In this document: piece by piece, positions 9,241 to 17,984 of the stretch
Layout: every line of letters begins with the position of its first letter
Position numbering within the stretch: position 1 is the first letter of the stretch
Assembly: GCF_013388255.1 (NCBI RefSeq)
Contig: NZ_CP058215.1
Coordinates: 2,137,332 to 2,161,331 of the forward strand
DNA length: 24,000 nt
Source of the DNA: Methanolobus zinderi
Lineage (GTDB): Archaea; Halobacteriota; Methanosarcinia; Methanosarcinales; Methanosarcinaceae
Reading direction: 5' to 3'
Translations under genes and position numbers: made by a program
Notes under the pieces: model-generated
What the model saw: only the letters and a program-made list of their open reading frames with translations
Told to the model about the DNA's origin: nothing
The model's database searches: none

Positions 9241-11754
9241 ATGGAGAATAACAAACCGGACAGAGATATAAAAAGCCAGATAAAAAACAGCTGGCCTTAC
9301 ATGGTCCTGATTTCATTTATAGCACTTGTTGCTTTTTACATAAGAATCAGACCATCAGAAAGTGTGTTCATATCCGAGGACTTCATCAGGTTCGGGGGCA
9401 ACGACCCCTGGTATCATATGCGTATGGTATACACTCTCCTTGAAAATTATCCTCGCGGCATGTTCTATAACCCGCTTACGAATTATCCTTCAGGCAGTTA
9501 CATCCATTTTGGCCCGCTTTTTGACCAGATGATAGCTTTCGTAGTAATGATTATAGGAGCAGGCAGCCCGGGCACAGAACTTGTAAACACCTTCGGGGCT
9601 TATTTTCCTGCAATCCTTGGTGCTCTGACAGTTATACCGGTATATTTTATAGGCAAATATGTCGGTGGTCACAAAACAGGAATAATTGCTGCCTTGCTTA
9701 TCGCTGTAGCACCCGGACAATTCCTTTCGCGCTCGATCATAGGTTTTACCGATCATCATGCTGCAGAAACATTATTTAGTACTCTTTTTATGATGTTCTT
9801 CATGCTTTCTGCGATTAAGGCAAAGGAGAAAGAAATCGGTTTTATTGACTTAAAAAGTAAGGACTGGAAAAAATTGAAGTCACCATTCATACTTGCTGCT
9901 ATAGCGGGTGTTATGTATGCAGCCTTCCAGCTAATATGGCCTGGTGCGCCCTTATTTGGCCTTATAATTGTGATTTTTGCTGCAGTCCAGTATACGATTG
10001 ATCATCTCAATAATAGATCAACCGATTACTTGGGAATGATTGGAATTACAACTTTTCTGATAGGAATGATCCTGATAGCTCCATTCATTCATCCTGAAAT
10101 GGGTGTTTCAACATTCTTTTACTCATGGTTCCATGTAATATCAGCAATTGCAGCAATTGGCGCATTTGTGTTCATGAGTTTACTGCATAAAGAACTCAAC
10201 CGAAGGAAATTCAAACCTTACATGTATCCCATTGTACTGGTTTCCTTACTGCTTGTAGGACTGATATTCACAAGAATAGTGGCACCTTCCATATATTCAT
10301 TGGCAATAGATACTCCGGCTATTATATTCGGGATTAAAACAGGTGGTGCTGCCACAATTGCAGAAGCTTCTTCAATATTCTACTCTGGAGGAAACTTTAC
10401 ACTTCAGAATGTATGGTACAATTTTGCAGTTGGTTTTTACCTGTCAATTATCGCAATGCTTATGCTGGCTTATAGCGTAGCCAGAAAACACAGACCACAG
10501 GAAACACTCCTTCTTGTCTGGAGTTTTTTCATACTACTTGCAATCTACGGACAAAACCGTTTTGCATACTATTATTCAGTGAATGTTGCAATACTCAGTG
10601 CATATTTCGCAAGCAAAATCCTAAATATATCAGGCTGGGAAGATTTAGAAAATGCTTACAACAGAAAGATTCAATCTATAAGCGAAATAGGACCGTTCCT
10701 TAAAAATAATCTCAAAATCCACCATATATTATCACTAGCTTTGATCCTTCTTATTGTTGTATACCCAGGCTATTCTCTGGCAATGCAGCAATCCCAGGGA
10801 ACAGGTGGACCTAATGGATACTGGATAGAATCTCTTTTATGGATGAACGAAAGCACTCCGGATCCTGGAATGGATTTTTATGCAATATATGAGGCACCTG
10901 AAAAAGGAGAGATTTTTGACTACCCCGACTCAGTCTACGGAGTGATGTCCTGGTGGGATTATGGACATTGGATCGAGACAATAGGCCATCGAATACCTAA
11001 CGCCAACCCCTTCCAGGCAGGAATTGGTGGCCGCAGAAACAGCATTGAAGAAGAAAATCAACCAGGTGCTTCAACATTCTTCACAGCCCAGTCTGAAGAA
11101 GAAGCAACCGCAGTCCTTGAAGCGGTTCACCCAGACCCTGATAAGGCAGGTGCACGTTATGTAGTCTCTGACGTTGAGATGGCCACCGGTAAATTCTATG
11201 CTATGTCAGCCTGGACACTTGATACGGATGGGTATTATCAATCAGTTCAAACTAATGCCGGATACCAGTATGTGCCAGGGGAGAGATATTTCAACTCTAT
11301 GGAAGCAAAACTGCACATCTTTGATGGTACTGGTCTGCAGCAGTACCGTATGGTACACGAATCACCCATAGGAAACACCCAGGAACCAGGATATAAGAAT
11401 GTCTATAACGTGCTATACGGAGGCAGCCTGGCGGAGATCAATACGGGATACGTCAAAATCTTCGAGTACGTAGAAGGCGCACAGGTAACAGGCACAGCAC
11501 CCGAAGGTGAGACCGTCACCATCAGCAGCACGATCCGTACCAGCCAGGGACGCACGTTCATTTACTCTCAGTCAGAGACCTCTGATGGAACTTACTCCTT
11601 TACTGTACCATACTCCACAGAAGGTCCGATATCAGGAGAGACACAGTTCGATACCGCACCGACCGGACCTTACACCATAAGCTATGGTGGCACACAGGAA
11701 GAGGTTAGTGTCAGTGAAACAGATGTGCTTGAAGGAAATGTGATAGAGGTTTAA
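9241..11754 (+). CDS. aglB: Archaeal oligosaccharyltransferase AglB (STT3 family)
   Basis: The WWDYG catalytic motif is encoded at 10951-10965. 'NDPWYH' and 'FTDHHAAE' are acidic/metal-binding loops. There are multiple N-terminal TM helices, and 'DVEMATGK' (11170-11193) lies in the DK-motif position. The ORF is open from TTG 9223, with ATGs at 9229 and 9241. I chose 9241 because GGGTG lies 6 nt upstream. Confidence 0.95.
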   Translation: MENNKPDRDIKSQIKNSWPYMVLISFIALVAFYIRIRPSESVFISEDFIRFGGNDPWYHMRMVYTLLENYPRGMFYNPLTNYPSGSYIHFGPLFDQMIAFVVMIIGAGSPGTELVNTFGAYFPAILGALTVIPVYFIGKYVGGHKTGIIAALLIAVAPGQFLSRSIIGFTDHHAAETLFSTLFMMFFMLSAIKAKEKEIGFIDLKSKDWKKLKSPFILAAIAGVMYAAFQLIWPGAPLFGLIIVIFAAVQYTIDHLNNRSTDYLGMIGITTFLIGMILIAPFIHPEMGVSTFFYSWFHVISAIAAIGAFVFMSLLHKELNRRKFKPYMYPIVLVSLLLVGLIFTRIVAPSIYSLAIDTPAIIFGIKTGGAATIAEASSIFYSGGNFTLQNVWYNFAVGFYLSIIAMLMLAYSVARKHRPQETLLLVWSFFILLAIYGQNRFAYYYSVNVAILSAYFASKILNISGWEDLENAYNRKIQSISEIGPFLKNNLKIHHILSLALILLIVVYPGYSLAMQQSQGTGGPNGYWIESLLWMNESTPDPGMDFYAIYEAPEKGEIFDYPDSVYGVMSWWDYGHWIETIGHRIPNANPFQAGIGGRRNSIEEENQPGASTFFTAQSEEEATAVLEAVHPDPDKAGARYVVSDVEMATGKFYAMSAWTLDTDGYYQSVQTNAGYQYVPGERYFNSMEAKLHIFDGTGLQQYRMVHESPIGNTQEPGYKNVYNVLYGGSLAEINTGYVKIFEYVEGAQVTGTAPEGETVTISSTIRTSQGRTFIYSQSETSDGTYSFTVPYSTEGPISGETQFDTAPTGPYTISYGGTQEEVSVSETDVLEGNVIEV

Positions 11755-11780
11755 ACCCATCACATCCCTTCCAGCACACT

Positions 11781-11790
11781 TCTTTTTTAT
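11781..11790 (+). terminator. Oligo-T tract downstream of aglB (archaeal-type terminator candidate)
   Basis: The tcTTTTTTat run (T6 at 11783-11788) lies 29 nt after the aglB stop. Confidence 0.4.
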
Positions 11791-12042
11791 CAGTTAATAA
11801 TGCAGTTCAATAGAATTTCTGGTCAGATGATCAACATAATTCTGGTAAAAACAATTGTCAAACTAATTACAATGCGACCACCCGCCGCAGGCGGCGCGCT
11901 CCTTCGCTGCTGTAACGAAAAATGTTATTCAGTATCCAAACTAGAGACCTTAAAGTTGCAATCGCAGGCTTTTTACAGAGAAACTCATATAGAAATCCTG
12001 TAGAAAAAGTGTTCAAAGGATATTCTGTAGATTATTTTCTTT

Positions 12043-12097
12043 CATCCTGCGGGAAAACGCCGGCTTCGCCGGGCCCTCCGGGATGGTTTGAGTTTTT
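12043..12097 (+). other. GC-rich imperfect stem-loop followed by T5 (terminator-like element or 3' end of a small RNA)
   Basis: Pairings read by eye: CATCC(12043-47)/GGATG(12081-85), GGG(12051-53)/CCC(12074-76), CCGGC(12060-64)/GCCGG(12068-72). TTTTT follows at 12093-97. Confidence 0.3.
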
Positions 12098-12146
12098 CAT
12101 GATCCTGGTAAGTTAACACAGCCCTAGAAAGATATTCATCTCTCCG

Positions 12147-12155
12147 CTATATAGA
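12147..12155 (+). promoter_or_regulatory. TATA-box candidate for the hacB-type operon
   Basis: cTATATAGa lies about 40 nt upstream of ATG 12192. A GTGAG Shine-Dalgarno-like element sits at 12184-12188. Confidence 0.35.
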
Positions 12156-12191
12156 AATAGCATTATGTAGAACCTAGCCCAAAGTGAGAAC

Positions 12192-12686
12192 ATGGACAGA
12201 ATAATCAAAGGAAAAGCATGGGTATTCGGGAATGATATCGATACTGACGTCATAATACCCGGGAAATATCTCCGTACCACCGATATGCAGGTATTTGCAG
12301 ACCATGCAATGGAAGGTGTGGATCTGGATTTCTCCAAAAAAGTGCAGAAGGGAGACATCATCGTTGGCGGAGACAACTTCGGATGCGGCTCATCCAGGGA
12401 GCAGGCGCCTCTTGCACTTAAACATGCAGGAGTATCATGTGTTGTGGCAAGGTACTTTGCCAGGATATTCTTCAGGAATGCCATAAATGTCGGACTCCCA
12501 CTTATAGAAGCTGATGTTGAGTGTAAGGAAGGGGACGAGCTCGAAATAGACCTTCTGGAGGGTACTGTGAAAGTGAACGGCAAGATTTACCAAGGAAACA
12601 AGCTTCCTGACTTCCTGCTGGAGATACTCACCGATGGCGGGCTTGTGCCACACAGGAAAAAGTTGCAGAAGCAGGAGAGCGTTTAA
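12192..12686 (+). CDS. hacB: Aconitase-family hydro-lyase small subunit (LeuD family), homoaconitase (HacB/AksE)-type loop
   Basis: '[15 protein letters not shown]' and '[14 protein letters not shown]' are LeuD-family motifs. The specificity loop reads YLRT (12267-12278), as in the M. jannaschii homoaconitase small subunit MJ1271 (R26/T27). The isopropylmalate isomerase MJ1277 has a Val-Tyr-type loop instead. Confidence 0.65.
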   Translation: MDRIIKGKAWVFGNDIDTDVIIPGKYLRTTDMQVFADHAMEGVDLDFSKKVQKGDIIVGGDNFGCGSSREQAPLALKHAGVSCVVARYFARIFFRNAINVGLPLIEADVECKEGDELEIDLLEGTVKVNGKIYQGNKLPDFLLEILTDGGLVPHRKKLQKQESV

Positions 12687-12695
12687 CTTACACAT

Positions 12696-13550
12696 ATGAT
12701 CTTTCCTGACGAATATAAGTACGTGGGAATGAGCAGGGCCATTCCGGAAGATGCTGACGACAAGCGAATCTATTTTCTTACTCAATACCTGATCGTAGAG
12801 GACACAGTGGATGATGTGGAAAAATATTCCCTGTACAGTGTGGAAAATACTGGTGAGCAGCTTTTAAGAGATGTGGACAATCTTGAGATGATTGCCTCAG
12901 GTGAAGAGATAATCCGGTATGATAAAGAACTCAATATCAAGGATCGTACACTTCTGATTGAAACCGCGCATAAGCTGTGTAAAGGAAAGGTCAATACTGT
13001 GATATTCACAGGTATAGATAAGCATGTGACCTTTGTTCACAAACCTGACCTCAAAGAGATACTTGACATAGAGATAGTCGATGTGGTGCCTCCTGAGCCC
13101 TCATGGCTGGCAAGTGTTGTCAGAAGACTCGAGGAAAGCGGCATATTCGGAGATCTTACGATCAGGTTCATGGATAATCTTACCGATCTTCGGCAGTTCG
13201 AAGGAGAGAATACAGTCTTTCCATGTTCATCCTCGGGACTGAAAGGAAAGTGTCTTGACTGCGATGTGATAAAAGAGGACGGGTCGCTGCTTGTGGGATG
13301 CGAGATCTCCAGGGAACTGTTCGAATCAAGGTTTCCGGACCTGGAGTATTCATTTATCAATATCTGTCCTTTCAAATCCGATGTATTCAAACCAGCAAAA
13401 TCCTTTATCACCAGGTGCTGCCGCTCGGAAAAGTCAGGTATCGTGACCATCAACGGCATTAAGGGTGCCGTGGTCCACTGGGGTGCATCGGAATTCTATG
13501 TGGCGGACACGATCTGGAAACTTGTTAGGGAGCTGCGGGGAGAGAACTGA
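12696..13550 (+). CDS. Uncharacterised protein, Cys-rich C-terminal third, co-operonic with hacB-type and aksF-type genes
   Basis: The 284-aa ORF has a 9-nt gap to the upstream gene and a 14-nt gap to the downstream gene. It has eight Cys, seven of them between residues 177-242 (FPC, KCLDC, VGC, NIC, RCC). I recognised no family motif. Confidence 0.7.
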   Translation: MIFPDEYKYVGMSRAIPEDADDKRIYFLTQYLIVEDTVDDVEKYSLYSVENTGEQLLRDVDNLEMIASGEEIIRYDKELNIKDRTLLIETAHKLCKGKVNTVIFTGIDKHVTFVHKPDLKEILDIEIVDVVPPEPSWLASVVRRLEESGIFGDLTIRFMDNLTDLRQFEGENTVFPCSSSGLKGKCLDCDVIKEDGSLLVGCEISRELFESRFPDLEYSFINICPFKSDVFKPAKSFITRCCRSEKSGIVTINGIKGAVVHWGASEFYVADTIWKLVRELRGEN

Positions 13551-13564
13551 TCATAGGTGTCAAA

Positions 13565-14575
13565 ATGAAACTTGCAATTGTTGAAGGAGACGGAATCGGA
13601 AAAGAAGTTATTCCCGCGGCGGTCAGAGTACTGGATGCCCTGGAGATGGACGTTGAGAAGGTCTATCTTGAGTTGGGCTATGGCAAATGGGAAAAGACAG
13701 GATCTGCCATTACCGATCAGGACATAGAGATACTCAAAAGCTGTGACTGTATACTCTTTGGTGCTGTGACAACACCTCCTGATCCCAATTACAAGAGTGT
13801 GCTGCTGACGATCCGCAAGGAGCTTGACATGTACGCCAATATCCGCCCCATCAAGCCACTGCCATGTGTGGACTGCAACTTTGAGAGGGAAGATTTTAAT
13901 TTCGTGATCGTGCGAGAGAATACCGAAGGTCTCTATTCAGCAATAGAAGAGATTGGTGAAGATGCCTCATATACAAAGAGGATTGTGACCAGAAAAGGAT
14001 CAAAACGAATAGCTGAATATGCCTGTAAGCTTGCAAAAAGCAGGAAGAATGAACTTACAATAGTCCACAAATCCAATGTTATGAAATCGGACAAGTTGTT
14101 CCTTGATGTCTGCCGCGAAACCGCTTCTGAGCATGAAGTTGAGTACAGTGACGAACTTGTGGATTCGATGGCCTATAAGTTGATGGTCTCCCCTGAAAAA
14201 TTTGATGTGATAGTAACAACGAACCTTTTCGGGGATATTCTCAGTGACATGTCAGGGGCACTTGTAGGAGGGCTTGGACTTCTCCCCAGTGCAAATATAG
14301 GTACAGAGCATGCATTCTTTGAGCCGGTCCACGGAAGTGCACCTGATATCGCAGGAGAAGGGATCGCAAATCCCATCGCAGCCATATTGAGTCTTAAGAT
14401 GTTGCTCGAATGGCATGGGGATATCATGCAGGCAGGTCTTGTGGAGGAAGCTCTGGAATCTTCCCTCAACATGGGAGTTACAACACCAGATCTTGGCGGA
14501 AGTTTCACAACTGAAGAAGTGACAGAGGCCATAGTTGAGCATATAGAAATTAAAATTAGAAACGGGTCTTCCTGA
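13565..14575 (+). CDS. aksF: Isopropylmalate/(homo)isocitrate dehydrogenase family; probably the AksF-type enzyme of 2-oxosuberate synthesis
   Basis: 'IVEGDGIGKEV', 'RENTEGLYS' and 'TTNLFGDILSD' are beta-decarboxylating dehydrogenase signatures. The AksF rather than LeuB assignment rests only on linkage to the YLRT-type small subunit. Confidence 0.55.
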   Translation: MKLAIVEGDGIGKEVIPAAVRVLDALEMDVEKVYLELGYGKWEKTGSAITDQDIEILKSCDCILFGAVTTPPDPNYKSVLLTIRKELDMYANIRPIKPLPCVDCNFEREDFNFVIVRENTEGLYSAIEEIGEDASYTKRIVTRKGSKRIAEYACKLAKSRKNELTIVHKSNVMKSDKLFLDVCRETASEHEVEYSDELVDSMAYKLMVSPEKFDVIVTTNLFGDILSDMSGALVGGLGLLPSANIGTEHAFFEPVHGSAPDIAGEGIANPIAAILSLKMLLEWHGDIMQAGLVEEALESSLNMGVTTPDLGGSFTTEEVTEAIVEHIEIKIRNGSS

Positions 14576-14641
14576 AAGACCTGTTCTAACTGGTTCAATC
14601 CTTTTTCGAAAAGGAAAGATTGGACTTTCTTTTTTCTTTTT
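14564..14641. terminator. Convergent terminator region between the dehydrogenase gene (+) and arlJ (-)
   Basis: Hairpin GGTCTT(14565-70)/AAGACC(14576-81) has the TGA stop in its loop. A second hairpin is TCCTTTT(14599-605)/AAAAGGA(14609-15). T-runs follow at 14630-35 and 14637-41. Confidence 0.5.
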
Positions 14642-16305
14642 CACGTAATTCCAAGCAGTGAAGATACTGCTGCCATTGTTACCACGGCACTTGCTGCTGA
14701 TATCCAGACCATTATAACAAAGTCTATGGTCGCACTGAGCATATGACCACCATCAACCACCCTGATAAGGATCGCAGACATCAGGGAATGACCTACCATG
14801 ATAGCCAGAACCATGTTTGCAAGCAGGTCCATACTTCCTATATTTGTGTAAAGCACCATACCCATTGACATACCAGGAGGCATCTCCACCGCAGAGAACA
14901 TGTCCTGCATCAGTCCCACAACACCCAGCGAGATATACATGGTAAAACCGATACCACCGGTCAGTCCGTAGAGCACACCCACAAGACTGCCTGCGGACTG
15001 GGTCCTTTTCTTCCTAAGAGTGACTATCCTGTGGAAATTGGTTGCAATAATATCGCCAATAACCTCAGGTTTACCACCTAGGTTCGTGGCCTCCACGAAC
15101 ATCACACTGAAACGCTGGATAAGATTGCTTCCCGTATTGGCAGAGAATATCTCCCACGAGGTCATTTTATCGATCCTGGTTACCAGCATCTTGTAAAGGT
15201 TGTTCACATCCTTTGTAAGCGGACCGAAGTCGTGTGCCCTCAGTGCCCTCAGTGCATCATCTATCACACCACCCCTGGCACCTGCAGAGCTTCCAAGGGA
15301 GCGTATAAAAGCAGGGAAGTTCTCGTCTTTTCTTCGTATGCTTTTCTCGATCTTGCGGGCAACATATCCGGTATAGACCAGTGGAGTGAATATCATTGCA
15401 ACTGCTATAGATGTTTCAATCTTGCCATATAGTGTGACAAGCACAGCCACAACAATACAACCTGCTATCGAGATGGGAATGGAACGATACATTTTCAGCT
15501 TGTCACTGGTAAGTAGTTTTGATCTGCTCCATGCAGGATCCTTCGGGATCTTGTTCTTGGTGAAAACAACCATTACCAGATCTGTAAGAAGGAAGACGAC
15601 CACTACTATACCCATTAGAAGTTCTGCGTTCATTCCCGTAATAACCGGCATGATAACCGCAAATGAAGCCATGAAAATCAGTGACATCACCATGGATACG
15701 AAGAGTTCCTTGATGACCTCTACGGCATAGAGAGCACCGTTATACATGGATTCATATTCGTTCATTACAACGTTCTGCTCCGCAAAAAGGAAGGATTTGA
15801 CATCCTCTCCTGACTGGAGTGCATGGGCAAACCTGTCAAGAAAATCCTCGAATATTATGGAAGGTGTTCTCTTTGATATGAACCTGCATCCGTCCGCAAG
15901 ACTGAGGTTCCAGACGGTCACAAGATCATATATTTTCTTTGTCTCTTCCGCAAGTTCCTGATAGTCCTCATTTTCGGAAACGATGCGGATGATATCAAGC
16001 CTTGGAGTCTCTGCAGTTGCGATCGATCCCATCTGGGTAATGTAATAGTGCATGTTGTTATCGATACGGGATGCCTTTGCACCCAGAATTGACAAAGGAT
16101 AGGCGAATGCAAATATGAAACATATTACCGTAACAAGTGCGGGGATGTACTGTGCCGGACCAACAAAGAGAGTCGGGAGAAGGACATACATGAGTAAGGC
16201 AAAGAAAATACCAAACCCGATGATGGGCAAAGCAAACTTCTTGAGATAGGCTTTTGGCTCCATCCCCAGATTCTTGAATGCCTTCTCATAACTCACAGAA
16301 CTCAC
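14641..16305 (-). CDS. arlJ: Archaellum membrane platform protein ArlJ (FlaJ)
   Basis: A 554-aa polytopic membrane protein with large cytoplasmic loops. It is the last gene of the arl operon, directly after the ArlI ATPase. The GTG start abuts the arlI stop. Confidence 0.9.
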   Translation of the reverse strand: MSSVSYEKAFKNLGMEPKAYLKKFALPIIGFGIFFALLMYVLLPTLFVGPAQYIPALVTVICFIFAFAYPLSILGAKASRIDNNMHYYITQMGSIATAETPRLDIIRIVSENEDYQELAEETKKIYDLVTVWNLSLADGCRFISKRTPSIIFEDFLDRFAHALQSGEDVKSFLFAEQNVVMNEYESMYNGALYAVEVIKELFVSMVMSLIFMASFAVIMPVITGMNAELLMGIVVVVFLLTDLVMVVFTKNKIPKDPAWSRSKLLTSDKLKMYRSIPISIAGCIVVAVLVTLYGKIETSIAVAMIFTPLVYTGYVARKIEKSIRRKDENFPAFIRSLGSSAGARGGVIDDALRALRAHDFGPLTKDVNNLYKMLVTRIDKMTSWEIFSANTGSNLIQRFSVMFVEATNLGGKPEVIGDIIATNFHRIVTLRKKRTQSAGSLVGVLYGLTGGIGFTMYISLGVVGLMQDMFSAVEMPPGMSMGMVLYTNIGSMDLLANMVLAIMVGHSLMSAILIRVVDGGHMLSATIDFVIMVWISAASAVVTMAAVSSLLGIT

Positions 16306-17964
16306 CTATACTACAAACGGAAGACCGTCCACACCATGCTTATAGAAATTCACGATTATCTCAAGCACATCATAATAATCATCGATACCGCGTGAGCGCA
16401 TCTCATCAAGTATCCTGGCTCTGAGGAAAAGATCCTGATATATCAGTCTCTTGTCCTCATAACCGAGTTTTGTTGCGATCTTGTTCTCAAGGATGAAACT
16501 GTTGTTCAGACCCCTGAAGTTATGTGTGTCAGTCTCCGGGTCCCACTGGAACACGGCCCTGGTGACAACTCCACCAACTTCCTCATAATATCCTTCTATC
16601 TCCTCAATCGCAAGACAGCGCCTCAGGAACTTACCCTTACGATAAACCGCAGACAATATCATTGCCACATTCAGGTTATCTATGAAAGTCACGGGAACAT
16701 TGATGGGATCTGCCGTCAGACGCTGGATCATCTTGGTGACAGCAGATGCGTGAAATGTAGCCAGTACAGGGTGTCCTGTCTGCATACCCTGAAAAGCCAC
16801 ATTACCTTCGGCTCCTCGAATCTCACCAACGATAATGTAGTTCGGCCTTGAACGCAGTGCAGCCTTGAGCAGAGCAAATGTATCCACCCTGGAATCGGGT
16901 GGTCCCTCCTCACGGGTGATAAGCTGCTGCCACACAGGTTGCGGTGGCTGGACCTCTGCCGTATCCTCTGCTGAGAATATCTTTGCCTTCGGGTTAACAA
17001 AGGAAAGACATGCATTCAGCATTGTGGTCTTACCACTTGCTGTCTCGCCACTGAAGAAGACACTCATGCCGTTCTCAAGACACATCCACATGTAAGCTGC
17101 CATTTCAGGGCTCAGCGCACCCCAGTTGATAAGCTGGATGATACTTACGGGCACCTCACTGAATTTACGCATGGTAAAACTGCTACCACGCCTACTGACA
17201 TCTATACTGTAAATGATGTTAATACGGGAACCATCAGGAAGAGCACCGTCGGCTATGGGGCGGGCATCACTGACCGGACGTCCGATACGCTCACTCATAC
17301 TCCTGAGCCAGTCATCCAGTCCCTGCTCATCCCCGAAAGTGAGGTTTGTCTTCACAGTATCGAAAATCTTGTGGACGATAAAGACATTATCCACACCGAT
17401 ACTGCTGATATCCTCAAGGTACGGGTCCCTGATGATAGGCTCGATCGGACCGGAGCCGATGATATCTCTCTCAATATGATAGAGGATCTTGTTGTACTCG
17501 TTCTGGGTCATCGGCACTTTCTTCTGGACAGGCATCAGTTTCTGGATTATATCGAACTTCCCTGCTACCTCCTCATCCATGCTGCCACCAGAACCCACAT
17601 CCACTGAATCGTTGAGAAGCTTGGTGATCAGGTCCTTTAGTTCTGATTCGGATTCGGGAACCGGTTCCAGAGAGGATTTTTCCAGGATTATACTCAGGAC
17701 AGCATCATATTTCTTCTTTTCAAGCCCGTTCAATAATGGTTCAATACCATAATACCGGACCTCTCCAAGTTCGGCTGTACCGTAAAGATGAATGAAGACA
17801 GGGTCTCCCACAGGTAAAATTATATTGACGTTTTCCGAATCAATGTCCTTGGACAGACTTACCATGAATGTTGGTTCATCGGCGTCGTTTTCTTTCATGA
17901 ACTTCCTGACATAATCACCAAGATGCGGATTTCTCTGTATGGCTTTCTCAAATTCCTGATCCAT
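16306..17964 (-). CDS. arlI: Archaellum motor ATPase ArlI (FlaI), type II/IV secretion ATPase family
   Basis: Walker A 'GETASGKTT', 'IIVGEIRG' (Asp/Walker B box) and 'TGHPVLATFHA' (His box). The length of 552 aa and the operon position fit ArlI. Confidence 0.93.
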   Translation of the reverse strand: MDQEFEKAIQRNPHLGDYVRKFMKENDADEPTFMVSLSKDIDSENVNIILPVGDPVFIHLYGTAELGEVRYYGIEPLLNGLEKKKYDAVLSIILEKSSLEPVPESESELKDLITKLLNDSVDVGSGGSMDEEVAGKFDIIQKLMPVQKKVPMTQNEYNKILYHIERDIIGSGPIEPIIRDPYLEDISSIGVDNVFIVHKIFDTVKTNLTFGDEQGLDDWLRSMSERIGRPVSDARPIADGALPDGSRINIIYSIDVSRRGSSFTMRKFSEVPVSIIQLINWGALSPEMAAYMWMCLENGMSVFFSGETASGKTTMLNACLSFVNPKAKIFSAEDTAEVQPPQPVWQQLITREEGPPDSRVDTFALLKAALRSRPNYIIVGEIRGAEGNVAFQGMQTGHPVLATFHASAVTKMIQRLTADPINVPVTFIDNLNVAMILSAVYRKGKFLRRCLAIEEIEGYYEEVGGVVTRAVFQWDPETDTHNFRGLNNSFILENKIATKLGYEDKRLIYQDLFLRARILDEMRSRGIDDYYDVLEIIVNFYKHGVDGLPFVV

Positions 17965-17984
17965 TCAACCGCCTTCCTCAATAA

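Noticed and set aside
12032-12100. 22-codon minus-strand ORF (MKNSNHPGGPGEAGVFPQDERK) across GC island B
   Set aside because: It is very short, has only a weak AGGA upstream, and its coding potential is created by the hairpin sequence itself. It cannot be supported without ribosome profiling or conservation data.
11800-12116. Plus-strand ORFs 11800..12003 and 11922..12116 in the aglB-hacB spacer
   Set aside because: They overlap each other, have no RBS or promoter context, and give implausible translations that run through the GC-rich hairpin islands. The region is better explained as non-coding RNA or DNA structure.
12192-12686. Annotating the small subunit as leucine-pathway LeuD
   Set aside because: The specificity loop reads YLRT, as in the characterised methanogen homoaconitase small subunit, and not the hydrophobic Val-Tyr-type loop of isopropylmalate isomerase. 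I kept LeuD family as the fallback in the call because no phylogeny was run.
12113-12785. Minus-strand ORFs 12113..12583 (156 aa) and 12435..12785 (116 aa), antisense to the hacB-type gene
   Set aside because: They fully overlap a gene with clear LeuD-family motifs. Their translations are Ser/Pro/low-complexity with no recognisable motif, and no start context supports them. They are typical shadow ORFs.
14173-14644. Minus-strand ORFs 14173..14598 and 14252..14644 inside the dehydrogenase gene
   Set aside because: They are antisense to a CDS with strong family signatures (NLFGDILSD and others). Their sequences are compositionally odd and motif-free. One would run through the convergent terminator.
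15232-17752. Several plus-strand ORFs (60-114 aa) opposite arlJ and arlI
   Set aside because: All are nested antisense within two well-supported archaellum genes. They show no conservation signals, so I treat them as shadow ORFs.
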